Of a stretch of DNA of 64,000 nucleotides, positions 51,987-61,771 are shown piece by piece. A model generated the notes under the pieces. It saw nothing but the letters and a program-made list of their open reading frames with translations, was not told the DNA's origin and did no database searches. Both the position numbers and the translations under genes were made by a program. Position 1 is the stretch's first letter, and each line of letters starts with the position of its first letter. The stretch is from Abditibacteriaceae bacterium (GTDB lineage: Bacteria > Armatimonadota > Abditibacteriia > Abditibacteriales > Abditibacteriaceae), in NCBI GenBank assembly GCA_965277285.1, contig OZ255721.1, forward strand, positions 1,600,001 through 1,664,000, given 5' to 3'.

Positions 51987-52072
51987 AACGAACCATGAGC
52001 GTAAGCGACGGGTAAACTCATGGTCTTCCGTCGCTGATAATTTTCACCCGTCGCTTACGCTCAGGGTTCGTT
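51987..52072. repeat. REP/REPIN-like hairpin family C, copy 3; supplies the stop codon of the DUF4385 gene
   Basis: aacgaaccatgagcgtaagcgacgggt...acccgtcgcttacgctcagggttcgtt. Confidence 0.8.
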
Positions 52073-52558
52073 TTCGTATTTCGCGCGATGTTCTTGCATC
52101 AATCGGATGTAAGTTTCGTCGTTTTTCGCCAGCAGATACTTTTCCTGAAAAATGCGCGCGCTTTCGGCTTTAATCGGGTCTTCTTCGCTTTTCGGCAATT
52201 CTTTTCTGCCATGCGCGCCGCTTTGCCCTTTCTTATCGAGAGGAACCGGGCCGTCATATTTCTTGCCGCCTTTGTGATTGGCATAACGGCGGCTGCGCGT
52301 GATTCCCATCTGCAAAAACTTGCGCGCCATGTCCATGCCGACGAAATCGTTTTGCGCACGGTATTCGAGGAACATTTCGTAGATTTTAGCGGCGCTTTCG
52401 CGCGCTTTTTCCGGCGTGGCGAATCTCCAGTGCGGCAAGATTTCCGATTTATACGGCTCGACTGACAAAACGCCCTGCTCGCCTTTCCCGATTTGATACT
52501 CTTCGGGATGCGCGCGCATATCGAGATTCTTCCAATCGCGCTGAGAATTGAACTTCAT
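52061..52558 (-). CDS. DUF4385 family protein
   Basis: YQIGKGEQGVLSVEPYKSEILPHWRF, DFVGMDMARKFLQMGITRSRRYANHKGG. Confidence 0.85.
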   Translation of the reverse strand: MKFNSQRDWKNLDMRAHPEEYQIGKGEQGVLSVEPYKSEILPHWRFATPEKARESAAKIYEMFLEYRAQNDFVGMDMARKFLQMGITRSRRYANHKGGKKYDGPVPLDKKGQSGAHGRKELPKSEEDPIKAESARIFQEKYLLAKNDETYIRLMQEHRAKYENEP

Positions 52559-52601
52559 AAAATTGACCGCCAAAAGCACGAACAGAAAAACATTGAGCGA
52601 T

Positions 52602-52689
52602 GAATCGTAGGGGCGTCAGCTTGCTGCGCCCGTGTTCGAGTACTCGATTGCAGAAAGACGGGCGCAGCAAGCTGACGCCCCTACGATTC
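52602..52689. repeat. GTAG-type REP doublet with the 12-bp palindrome in its spacer
   Basis: gaatcgtaggggcgtcagcttgctgcgcccgt...TCGAGTACTCGA...acgggcgcagcaagctgacgcccctacgattc. Confidence 0.85.
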
Positions 52690-52715
52690 TCTTTCTCTGC
52701 GTCCTCAGCGGTCAA

Positions 52716-54125
52716 TTACCACGCCGTGGAAAGCGATTCGATTTCTTCGCGCATCGTTTTCTGAATGCGTTTCGCTTCACTTTCCGTTTGCGCTTCGCAG
52801 ATAACGCGCACGAAAGGTTCCGTTCCCGATGGTCGGATGTGAACCCAGCTTTGTGTCGCGCCTTCCTTTGGCCATTCAAACTTCAAACCGTCGTCTTCGT
52901 TCAGGCGCGCGGTTTTTTCCTTCGATTTGAGCCATTGAAACAATTGCGGAATGCGCTCGCGTGGAAACGAAATCGTGCTTTTGATGTTGTGATAGCGCGG
53001 CAGACTTTCGTGAATTTCCTGCGCCGTTTTGTTTTCTTTCGCTAAAAACTCCAGCGTGAGGGCAATCGCAGCGATGCCGTCGCGCCCGAATTGCACATCG
53101 GGAATGATGACGCCGCCGTTGCCTTCGCCGCCAATCACAGCGCCGATGTCGCGCATTCGCGTACTGACATTCACGTCGCCAACCGGCGTGCGCACCACTT
53201 CGCAACCATATTGATGAGCGACCGTATCGACCGCCATTGTCGTGCTCAAATTGGTGACAACTGGCCCTTGACGGCGGTTTTTCAAGACGTGCGCAATCGC
53301 CCACACAAGGGAAAAATCTTCGCCGCACGGAACGCCTTCGTTGGTCACAATCGCCACGCGGTCGGCGTCCGCATCGTGCGCGAAACCAACGTCGGCGCCA
53401 ACGCGCGTGACTTCGGCCATCAATTCCTTCATGTTCTCGTTCAAAGGCTCGGGATTGTGCGTGAAATGTCCGTCCAATTTCTCGTTGATGCGCGTGACTT
53501 TGCAGCCCAATACTTCGAGTACTCGAGGCGAAATGACGTTGCCAGCACCGTTGCAACCATCAAGCACGACATGAAAATTTTTAGCGCGAATCATTGGAAC
53601 ATCGACCAATTTGAAGACCGCTTCGATGTGGCGCGCATTGGCTTCGATGTCCTGCGTGACGCGTCCCATGTGTTGCCACGTTGCGGACACAAAAGTATTG
53701 GCTTCATACAATTTGATGACTTCGCCGCCCTGCGCTTTGTCCAAATACATTCCGCTGGGCTGAAAAAACTTGAGCGCGTTCCACTGAATTGGGTTGTGCG
53801 AAGCGGTGATGCAAATCGCGCCCGCCGCGTTGTGAAAAGGCACGGCCAGTTGCAAGGTCGGCGTGGTGACAATGCCCAGATCGACGACATCGCAGCCGCT
53901 GGAAAGCAGCGCGCCCAAAACGATGTGGTGCATCATTTCGCCCGTCGGACGCGTATCGCGCGCCAACAAAACGCGCGGGCGTTTATCACTGGAATTGTTT
54001 TTGCCATGCAAATAAGCGGCATAAGCGCGCACAAAGCGCAGCGCAACATCCGGCGTTAATGATTCGCCAACTACGCCGCGAATCCCTGAAACACCGATCA
54101 TCAACGTCGAATCGTGAGAAGACAA
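52716..54125 (-). CDS. Phosphoglucosamine mutase / phosphomannomutase
   Basis: VSGIRG, ITASHNP, HDADADR, GGEGNGG, IRPSGTEP; start at TTG 54125 after RBS caggag. Confidence 0.9.
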   Translation of the reverse strand: MSSHDSTLMIGVSGIRGVVGESLTPDVALRFVRAYAAYLHGKNNSSDKRPRVLLARDTRPTGEMMHHIVLGALLSSGCDVVDLGIVTTPTLQLAVPFHNAAGAICITASHNPIQWNALKFFQPSGMYLDKAQGGEVIKLYEANTFVSATWQHMGRVTQDIEANARHIEAVFKLVDVPMIRAKNFHVVLDGCNGAGNVISPRVLEVLGCKVTRINEKLDGHFTHNPEPLNENMKELMAEVTRVGADVGFAHDADADRVAIVTNEGVPCGEDFSLVWAIAHVLKNRRQGPVVTNLSTTMAVDTVAHQYGCEVVRTPVGDVNVSTRMRDIGAVIGGEGNGGVIIPDVQFGRDGIAAIALTLEFLAKENKTAQEIHESLPRYHNIKSTISFPRERIPQLFQWLKSKEKTARLNEDDGLKFEWPKEGATQSWVHIRPSGTEPFVRVICEAQTESEAKRIQKTMREEIESLSTAW

Positions 54126-54368
54126 AACAAACTCCTGAAACCATCGGTTCACATTAAAAATAAAATTTGCGGCGAAAGTGTAACGCAATTAAGTAGCGTC
54201 GGATTTCCCTCAATACAAATTTGAACAGTGCCAAGAGGATTCGCGTCTGGCGGCGCACAACCCCCAAGTTGTAACAACACATCAAGACATTTGCCTATCG
54301 AGTACTCGAAGGCGATTCCAACCAGGGAAAACATCGTATTTCCCCGACTTGTTTCCTGAGGAGGAAAT

Positions 54369-55541
54369 ATGACACATTTCATTCACAAGCACGCCAACCT
54401 GAGCAAAATCGCCGTGCTGACCTTGACCGGAGCCACGCTTTTCACACCGCTTTTGACCAACGCCGTGCACGCCGATGACAACGATTATCGCTCCAATCAA
54501 AGCAACAGCGATTCCACTTACCGCGACCGTAACAATGACAACAACAATAATGGTTACGTGACCTTGAACGGCGTCGTGATGGGCGATCCGAATGGCAATT
54601 CGTTTCAGGTGCGTACCGACGACGGACAAAACATCCGCGTCAACCTTAGTGGCAATCAACCCGACAATTTGCAGCGCGGCAGCCGCGTTCGCGTTTATGG
54701 CCGCCTGAGCGATGACAACACCTTGCATCGCGCTTCGGTCGCCGTCCTCGATAACGGTTACAACAATGGTAACGGTTACAACAACGGCAACAATGGCTAT
54801 AACAATGGCAGCGCTTACAATCAGCGCGTGACGTTGCGCGGCGTTGTCACGAGTGACTCACAAGGTCGTCGCTTCCAAATGCGCCAGGGCAACACGCTTT
54901 ATTCTGTTGTTTTGACGCGCAACCAGTCGAATGGCCTACGTTCGGGCGACCGCGTTGAGATTTCAGGTCGTCTGATCAAAGGCAATTACGTGCAGGCTGA
55001 CACACTGCGCGTTTTGCAGAGTAACAACGGCAACAACAACGGCTGGAACAACGGCAACTGGGGCAATGGCAATCGCACCAACGTTGATTTTCAGGGTCGA
55101 GTACTCGATGTTTCGGGACGCCGCTTTTTGACGGTGCGCGGCGACAACGGCGTGACCTATCAAGTGCGTAGCAATTCCGATTTCGACAATCGCGTTTCGT
55201 CAGGCGACCGCGTGCGCATCGTCGGAAATGGCTACAGCGGCAATCGCAACATCGACGCGCGACGCATCGAACTGCGCAATGACGTGAACGGTAATTACAA
55301 CAACGGTAATTACAATAACGGCTCATGGCAGGACGGCGACCGCGTTGATCTGCGAGGAACTGTGCGCAGCGTCAATCGCTTGGTGTTTGGAGGCGCCACC
55401 TTGACCGTTGATGGCGATGGTGGGCGCACATGGAGCGTTCGCGTTGATAACGCTTCCAACTGGCATCGCGGCGACCGCGTTCGCGCGCGCGGCACCATCA
55501 ACAATACGACAGTTACCAACGCGCAAGTCGACCGTTTGTAA
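54369..55541 (+). CDS. Secreted protein with four OB-fold-like (DUF5666-like) repeats and N/G-rich linkers
   Basis: Signal peptide; repeats ending G(D/S)RV(R/E)xxG; NNGYNNG linkers; terminator 55593-55623. Confidence 0.8.
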   Translation: MTHFIHKHANLSKIAVLTLTGATLFTPLLTNAVHADDNDYRSNQSNSDSTYRDRNNDNNNNGYVTLNGVVMGDPNGNSFQVRTDDGQNIRVNLSGNQPDNLQRGSRVRVYGRLSDDNTLHRASVAVLDNGYNNGNGYNNGNNGYNNGSAYNQRVTLRGVVTSDSQGRRFQMRQGNTLYSVVLTRNQSNGLRSGDRVEISGRLIKGNYVQADTLRVLQSNNGNNNGWNNGNWGNGNRTNVDFQGRVLDVSGRRFLTVRGDNGVTYQVRSNSDFDNRVSSGDRVRIVGNGYSGNRNIDARRIELRNDVNGNYNNGNYNNGSWQDGDRVDLRGTVRSVNRLVFGGATLTVDGDGGRTWSVRVDNASNWHRGDRVRARGTINNTTVTNAQVDRL

Positions 55542-55692
55542 AATCAATTTGCGAAATTGGTGCGACACAAGATTTGCCTCTGAGCGTTAAAAAGAAAAGG
55601 CCGTCAAACTGGCGGCCTTTTCTGTCGTCCGTTTTCTGTTATTTTGATCGTCTCGTTTGGGTTTAACGCCGTTTATTTTGCAGGAGGAAACC

Positions 55693-56874
55693 ATGAAAAC
55701 ACTTACTTTCTTGACGCGCGCCGCATTGTTGTCTTCAACGCTGCTTCCGCTCGCTTTCACCACGATGCCAGCGCGCTCCGCGACTTACACTGTCAACGGC
55801 CAGAGCGCGGACGGAACGGCGCCGATTGGCGTTTCGATTGATGGGCAAATGGTGAATGTCGGTTCGGTCGCGCCGGTGCAGGCCAACAATCGCGTACTCG
55901 TTCCTTTGCGCGGCGTGCTCGAAGCGATGGGCGCAACGGTCGCCTACGACGATGCAACGGGAACCGTTCTGGCGCAGCGCGGCAGGACGCAGCTTTCTCT
56001 GCGCATCGGCTCCACGCAGGCGCTGGTGAACGGGCGCACGCGCACGCTCGATGTTCCGGCGCAAACGCTTTATGGCCGCACGCTGGTTCCTTTGCGCTTC
56101 GTGGCGGAAAGTCTGGGCGCCAATGTTTCGTGGGACGATGCGCAGCGCGTTGTTTTCATCCAAACCAACCCGGCGCCCGCACCGGCACCGCCGCCGACTT
56201 ATGCCCCGCCGCCACCGATAGATTATCCGACCAAGCCAGAGCAGCCGCGCGTGAGGACTGTGGACGCGACCGTCACGCGCAATTTGCCCGGGCGCCGCTT
56301 TTTTGAAGTCATCACCGATCGCGGCGAACTGCTGGAAGTGCGCTCGAGCGTGGATGAACCGTCGGGACTTTCCGCCAATGATCGCGTGCGCCTACGCGGC
56401 AGGCAGGACGGCGACGTTTTCTACGCCGATTCGGTCGACATCACCTATGACGTTGGAACACCCATCACTGCGACGGGAACCGTCAGCGCCATCATATCGA
56501 GTACTCGATTGCTGCTGCGCGACAATAATGGCCACACTTTTTCTGTCGCCACACAACGCGATTTGCCGGTCACGCTGGGCGTTGGCGACCGGATTCGCGT
56601 TCCTGGCACGCGGCGCGGCGATCACATTGATGCACAAAACATCACCTTAATTCGCAGCTCCGACATCACGCCGACCGCGCAAAACGTCGATTTTCGCGCG
56701 ACCGTCACCAGCATCGACACCATCGGGCGCGTGTTGCAAGTGCGCGGCGACAACGGCACGATTTATGTCGTGCGCTACTTCAACGATCAACGCTTCGATG
56801 TCGGCGAACGCATCCGCATCATCGGCACCGCCAGCGAAGGCATCACCAACGCGTCGCGCATCACACGCTTGTAA
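55693..56874 (+). CDS. Secreted copper-amine-oxidase N-terminal (stalk) domain protein with three OB-fold-like repeats
   Basis: RBS aggagg; RVLVPLRGVLEAMGA, GRTLVPLRFVAESLGANVSWD, Pro-rich linker, DRVRLRG/GDRIRVPG/GERIRIIG; terminator 56884-56927. Confidence 0.85.
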   Translation: MKTLTFLTRAALLSSTLLPLAFTTMPARSATYTVNGQSADGTAPIGVSIDGQMVNVGSVAPVQANNRVLVPLRGVLEAMGATVAYDDATGTVLAQRGRTQLSLRIGSTQALVNGRTRTLDVPAQTLYGRTLVPLRFVAESLGANVSWDDAQRVVFIQTNPAPAPAPPPTYAPPPPIDYPTKPEQPRVRTVDATVTRNLPGRRFFEVITDRGELLEVRSSVDEPSGLSANDRVRLRGRQDGDVFYADSVDITYDVGTPITATGTVSAIISSTRLLLRDNNGHTFSVATQRDLPVTLGVGDRIRVPGTRRGDHIDAQNITLIRSSDITPTAQNVDFRATVTSIDTIGRVLQVRGDNGTIYVVRYFNDQRFDVGERIRIIGTASEGITNASRITRL

Positions 56875-56986
56875 ACGTCGGTCAACAAAAAGGCCCGCTT
56901 CGGTGAAAAGAAGCGGGCTTTTTTGTTATTCGAGTACTTGATTCCAGACCTTTGAATTATTGTGATTTGTTAGCGTCGAAAATAGC

Positions 56987-57271
56987 TTAACTAAAAATGT
57001 AAAAATATCCGGCTACGAAAATCATGCCACTTACAATTATTGAGACAGCAATAAATTGCTTACCTTCGGCGACGCCTCGTGAAGTTGCTTCACGGTACGC
57101 TTCCCATAATTTGCACGCTTCAAGAGAAAGCCTTCCGCCAATAAGCAAAAACAGAAGCGGATAGGCCAGCGAGTGAGGAAGTGGCCCGAGAACCTTTTGT
57201 TCGTAAAGGAATGCTACGGCTCCGAAAATCATTATGACAAACAGAGTTAATTTGATTTGCCACATCATCAA
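56987..57271 (-). CDS. Small AT-rich membrane protein
   Basis: Three hydrophobic segments; atypical composition. Confidence 0.55.
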   Translation of the reverse strand: MMMWQIKLTLFVIMIFGAVAFLYEQKVLGPLPHSLAYPLLFLLIGGRLSLEACKLWEAYREATSRGVAEGKQFIAVSIIVSGMIFVAGYFYIFS

Positions 57272-57301
57272 ACCTCGAACAATTGTGTTGTTGAAACCAA
57301 C

Positions 57302-58348
57302 TCACACGCCGAAAATAGTTTTTCGTTCGTCGCGTGTGCGTCCGAACAAATCGCGCAAAAGCAGTTCCGATTCGTGGCGCACTTCGATTTTGCGGCGCGC
57401 CATGGTTGCTCGCGCGGTTTGAATGAATGGCTCTAACTTGTGTTCCTGCCAGCCGTTTTGTCCGCCCCAACTGAAACTGGGAACATAAGAAGGCGCGACG
57501 CCACCGCCGAAAACGTTGCAGCCGACGCCGATATTCGAGCCAGTCGTCAGCATTTGCCCGATGCCGATTTTGGTGTGATCGCCGACCAGAGAACCCAAAA
57601 ACGTGCAGCCCGTATCAACCGACGTTTGCGCATCGCGGCGAAAACGAATGTTGCCATACGTGTTTTTCAAGTTGCTCGTCGTCGCCAGCGCGCCGAAATT
57701 GACCCAGCGCCCAGCCCACGAATTGCCAACAAAACCTTCATGCGCTTTGTTGGCACGTCCCTGAAAAATGCTCGCCGAAACTTCGCCGCCGATTTTGCAA
57801 CTCGCGCCCAGTGAAACGCCGGGGCGCAAACGCGCGCCATCGAGTACGCAATCGTTGCCGACAAAAACCGGCCCTTGAAGCTGCGACCATTTCACCTGCA
57901 CGCGTTCGCCCAAGATAATCGGGCCGTTCGTTACATCCAAAACGCAACCTGGCTGAATGCTGCTTCCAACGCCGATATGAACATCGCGCGGCGAACCGAC
58001 GATGTACGCTCCGTTCATCATGGCCGCATCGCGGAAGTTCTCGTGATGCACATTCCAGTACTCGGAATCAGCCGCGATCAGTTCGGCGCTGCGGCTCAAA
58101 ATCTTCCACGGTTCGTCTTCGGGCAAACCAGGAAACGTTTCGCCAGCAATGTCTTCGTTGACGGGCAGGCCGGTTTTGGCGCGCAAATACGCGGCGATTT
58201 CAGGGCGGCATTGCAGTGCGACATCGCGCGTCGTTTGCAGCGCGCGCTCCAGCGGCGACATCGTGCCATAACGCAGCTCAAATGTCGCGCGCGTCAATGT
58301 GAGAGGGAAAAAGTTTTCGGGGTTTTCTTCAAGGAGAAGCAAAGACAT
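57302..58348 (-). CDS. GlmU-related putative sugar nucleotidyltransferase / hexapeptide-repeat protein
   Basis: FFPLTLTRATFELRYG, KIGGEVS, NKAHEGFVGNS, WVNFGA, SNLKNTYG, VPSFSWG. Confidence 0.85.
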   Translation of the reverse strand: MSLLLLEENPENFFPLTLTRATFELRYGTMSPLERALQTTRDVALQCRPEIAAYLRAKTGLPVNEDIAGETFPGLPEDEPWKILSRSAELIAADSEYWNVHHENFRDAAMMNGAYIVGSPRDVHIGVGSSIQPGCVLDVTNGPIILGERVQVKWSQLQGPVFVGNDCVLDGARLRPGVSLGASCKIGGEVSASIFQGRANKAHEGFVGNSWAGRWVNFGALATTSNLKNTYGNIRFRRDAQTSVDTGCTFLGSLVGDHTKIGIGQMLTTGSNIGVGCNVFGGGVAPSYVPSFSWGGQNGWQEHKLEPFIQTARATMARRKIEVRHESELLLRDLFGRTRDERKTIFGV

Positions 58349-58445
58349 GGCGGAGGAATGAGTGATGAGCTACAACGCACTTGAAGTTCGACGTACGGGC
58401 GATTCGGCGAATCGCCCGTACCATTCGTCCCCTATCACTGGCCGT

Positions 58446-59198
58446 TCAATGAATGATTCGTCCGCCGCCGCTGCTGCGATTGCCGCCAATTCCTGCTCCG
58501 CCGATTCCGGCCAGACCGCTCAAGCCGCTGGCGTTGTTCATTGGAGCGCCGGTAATTTGCACAAAGTTGACGCGCAAATCGTTCAAAACGCGGTCGTATT
58601 CGCGGGCGCTGGAAGCGTCCATCAAAGGACGAATCACATCCAGCAAAGCGCTGAAGGAATCGATGGAAAGTCGCGCCTGCGCGTCGTTGCGCGCGATCAA
58701 GCGTGTGTAAGGGTTCGGCGTCAAGCCCATGTGAACGGCGGCGACCTGGCTCATTTGCACGATGAATTGCTGCAACATCGGCTCGACTTGCAGCGACGCG
58801 ACGGCTTCGGCCTGGCGACCCATTTCTTCGCGCACCGAGTTCTTTTCCTGCTCGGTCAAAGGCCGTCCCATGCGCGCTTCAATCGTCTGGAACTGTTCTT
58901 GTTCCGCCGCTTCAACTTCAGCTTGCATGTGTGCCATTTCTTCAGCGCTCAATGGTTCGACATCTTCGTCTGGGTCGCCCATTTCACCCGGATTTTGCGG
59001 ATCGAGTTCGCTATCGGAAACTTCGTCATCGAAATCTTCCAGGTCTTCTTCTGGCACTTCCGGCACGTCGTTTGGATTTTGCGAGGCTTGAACGCCCGCA
59101 TTTCCGGTGCGCTCGTCTTCGCTCAACATGCGGCGATCTACGACCTGAATGCGCGGCTTTTCTTCTTCGTCACGTTCGTTGTCACGTTCGTTCGACAT
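58446..59198 (-). CDS. DUF1844-like domain protein with acidic N-terminus
   Basis: IQVVDRR; AAVHMGLTPNPYT...QARLSID...LNDLRVNFV. Confidence 0.7.
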   Translation of the reverse strand: MSNERDNERDEEEKPRIQVVDRRMLSEDERTGNAGVQASQNPNDVPEVPEEDLEDFDDEVSDSELDPQNPGEMGDPDEDVEPLSAEEMAHMQAEVEAAEQEQFQTIEARMGRPLTEQEKNSVREEMGRQAEAVASLQVEPMLQQFIVQMSQVAAVHMGLTPNPYTRLIARNDAQARLSIDSFSALLDVIRPLMDASSAREYDRVLNDLRVNFVQITGAPMNNASGLSGLAGIGGAGIGGNRSSGGGRIIH

Positions 59199-59260
59199 AA
59201 GGATGTCCTTATCAATTGATTTGGGAAACGCGCCCAGTTTAACGCAACTCTGGCCCGCGT

Positions 59261-59863
59261 TCAGCGAATCGAGTACTCGAATTGCGCGATTTGCTGGGCC
59301 CACGCTTCGTCATTCAAAACTGGTTGCGCGCCTTGCAGCGACAAGTCTTCGCCCAGTTCTATCCACGAGCGACAGCCGCCAAATTGCGATTGCATCCCGA
59401 CGCGGTGCGCCTGTGGAATCTGGTAAACGCGCAAAGCCGCACAAATCAGCGGATGTTCGGGTTTGTAGCCAAAGCGAAGATCGAGATAAGCACGGCTCCA
59501 GATGTGCGACGCGCGCATCAAACGCTCTTCGTCTTCGACCTCAAAGTTCCACACGCGTTCGACGCGCGCCCAAGTTTGCAAACGCAACGCGGAAGCATCT
59601 TCCGGCGGTTGTTGCTGGCGAATTTGCGCGAACCAATTGCGCGCTTCGGCTTTGATGCCGTTAGGGTTTTGATGCCATTGCGACGGCAGCAACCAGAAGT
59701 TCGCGTACTCGACGGAAAAAGTTCCCATTTCGCTGTTGTCTGTTGCGGCATCGAGCAAGCCGCCTTTTCGCAAAATGATAATTTGGCGACCTTCGCACAG
59801 CGCGCAAACCGTCGCTGCCCATTCTTTGAGCGCAACCGAACACGAAAAAGGAGAAGAATCCAT
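59261..59863 (-). CDS. DUF1802 family protein
   Basis: ALKEWA, GRQIIILRKGG, HIWS, GGCRSWIEL. Confidence 0.85.
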   Translation of the reverse strand: MDSSPFSCSVALKEWAATVCALCEGRQIIILRKGGLLDAATDNSEMGTFSVEYANFWLLPSQWHQNPNGIKAEARNWFAQIRQQQPPEDASALRLQTWARVERVWNFEVEDEERLMRASHIWSRAYLDLRFGYKPEHPLICAALRVYQIPQAHRVGMQSQFGGCRSWIELGEDLSLQGAQPVLNDEAWAQQIAQFEYSIR

Positions 59864-60039
59864 AACGAATCTAAGTTGATGCTTTGGTTTGAGAAGATCA
59901 AATAGCGTGTCACTCCGAGCGGTGCCGAGGAATCTTGGGCGTTGCAGCGTTCTAACTTTTTTGTGTACAGGCTTGGATTGACACACGCCGATGACGATTT
60001 TTTAACTGCAAAACGCTAAGTGGCAATTTGAGTTGAACA

Positions 60040-61347
60040 TCAGCGCGCTTTTTTCCAAAACATGATCAGGCCGACCAGCGCCGTGACACTCATCGGCAAG
60101 TAACCGAAAACCAGCGGGTTGACTTCACCGGCGCCGCCCATCGTTTGCGCCCACGTCCACAAAATGTAATAACCCATCAGCACGACGAGCGAAATTCCCA
60201 TCGCAAAACCGCCGCCCGAACGCTGCGGTCGCAACGCCAGAGGCGCGCCAATCAGCACCAGAAAAATGCACGTAAAGGCCGTCGCAATTTTGTCGTGCAT
60301 GCCATACGTCATGTTGTTGATGAGTCGTTGCGTCGTCCTTTGTGTGGCAGGGTCTTGTCCGCGTAGCGAATTTTGCAGTTGCGTGCGGTGGTCGCGCAGG
60401 TCGGAAATTGAGGCCATGTCATATTCGCCGTTATCCAGATGCTGCGCGAAGGACATCGTTTTCAAGCCCAGTGCGCCAGGCGATGGCATCGAGTACTCGA
60501 TACTGTGCGGCGGCGAAATCGTGACTTTCTGGCTGTCGGCTGAAATGTCGGTGGTCACGGCGCGCGTTAAATCCCACTTTCCCAAACGCGGATTCCATCT
60601 GGCCAATGGCGCGGAAATCTGGCGATACATACGTTGCTCGGAATTGAAAAGTTGAATGCGCGGTTGTTCCATCGTACCGGCTTTGAAATCAAGCTTTTTC
60701 GCCTGAATGATGCTTTTCAATTCGCCCTTGCCATCGAAGGGATCGGAAAGTCGCACATCGGTTTTGGGCAGCGCCGTTTTCAAGTTCGATTGCGCGATGA
60801 TATTTTGCTTGAGTTGCTGGGTCGCCGGCACGAATCTGTCTTGCAAAACGAAAACACACAGCCCGACCAAAGCGCCCCACAATAGCGGCGCGCGCATCAT
60901 GCGCCCCAAACTCATGCCGCCGACTTGAAGCGCCGTCGCCTCGCCTTTCGATGACAATTCCGCGAAGGTTTGCACGGTGCCGTAAAGCAGCGACATCGGG
61001 AGGGTAAAAACGAAGACGTGCGGCACATCGCTCATCACCAAATCCCAGGCGCCCGCCCAATCGAGCGAGCCACTGGCGATGCGTTGCACGGCGGTGATAA
61101 AGGTGTACATGAACAACAAACCGGCGAACCACAGCACGCCGCGCCCCGTCGCGCTCACCATATGACGCAACAAGTATTCGTCGGCAATCTTCAGCGGAAT
61201 GCGACGCACGCGCGCCGTCGTTTGTGCGCGACTTGACAAACGTGCATTTACGCCGCGCAAATGCGGTTCGCGCAAATGCGGTTCGCGCAAAGTTGCATCG
61301 AGCGGTTCCAATTCGGTTGGGCGTCCAACAGTTTTCATGGCAGGCAA
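60040..61347 (-). CDS. LptF/LptG family LPS export permease
   Basis: IADEYLLR, LPMSLLYG, ELSSKGEATALQVGGMS, KIATAFTC, IGAPLA. Confidence 0.88.
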   Translation of the reverse strand: MPAMKTVGRPTELEPLDATLREPHLREPHLRGVNARLSSRAQTTARVRRIPLKIADEYLLRHMVSATGRGVLWFAGLLFMYTFITAVQRIASGSLDWAGAWDLVMSDVPHVFVFTLPMSLLYGTVQTFAELSSKGEATALQVGGMSLGRMMRAPLLWGALVGLCVFVLQDRFVPATQQLKQNIIAQSNLKTALPKTDVRLSDPFDGKGELKSIIQAKKLDFKAGTMEQPRIQLFNSEQRMYRQISAPLARWNPRLGKWDLTRAVTTDISADSQKVTISPPHSIEYSMPSPGALGLKTMSFAQHLDNGEYDMASISDLRDHRTQLQNSLRGQDPATQRTTQRLINNMTYGMHDKIATAFTCIFLVLIGAPLALRPQRSGGGFAMGISLVVLMGYYILWTWAQTMGGAGEVNPLVFGYLPMSVTALVGLIMFWKKAR

Positions 61348-61520
61348 GACGAACGAAGTTCAAAGCGAGGTTCAAAAGGATTCGAGAAAGGCGTGTAAAG
61401 TATAGCGCACTCTTTGGCGCGTCTTAAAAAGCAAGAGAGTAAGCGTAAAAGCGTAAAGATGAGGGTGAATCATTTTCCAGCGGATTCCTCGATTTCGAGT
61501 ACTCGAATGACCTAATCAAA

Positions 61521-61673
61521 GGTGCGAGTTTGAAGTACCCGCCCCTGAAGAAGCGGGCTGAGTTGTAAAGCCCCATGAATGGGGCTGAAGTAGACGCCCG
61601 GAGGCCGCTTTAGCGGTCTTGCTCATTCAGCCTGCTCCTTCAGGGGCAGGCGTCATCACTTTCAACTCGCACC
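61521..61673. repeat. REPIN-like nested hairpin element family B, copy 2
   Basis: cccgcccctgaagaagcgggctga...tcagcctgctccttcaggggcagg with the same internal hairpins as 16665-16810. Confidence 0.85.
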
Positions 61674-61771
61674 ATTAATCACAGTGAGCAAACGACCTGA
61701 TAAACGCGCTGTGATAAAATGAGGCGCATCTTGCCGTTGATGTTTCCACTTTTTGCACGAGGAATTTTCTC

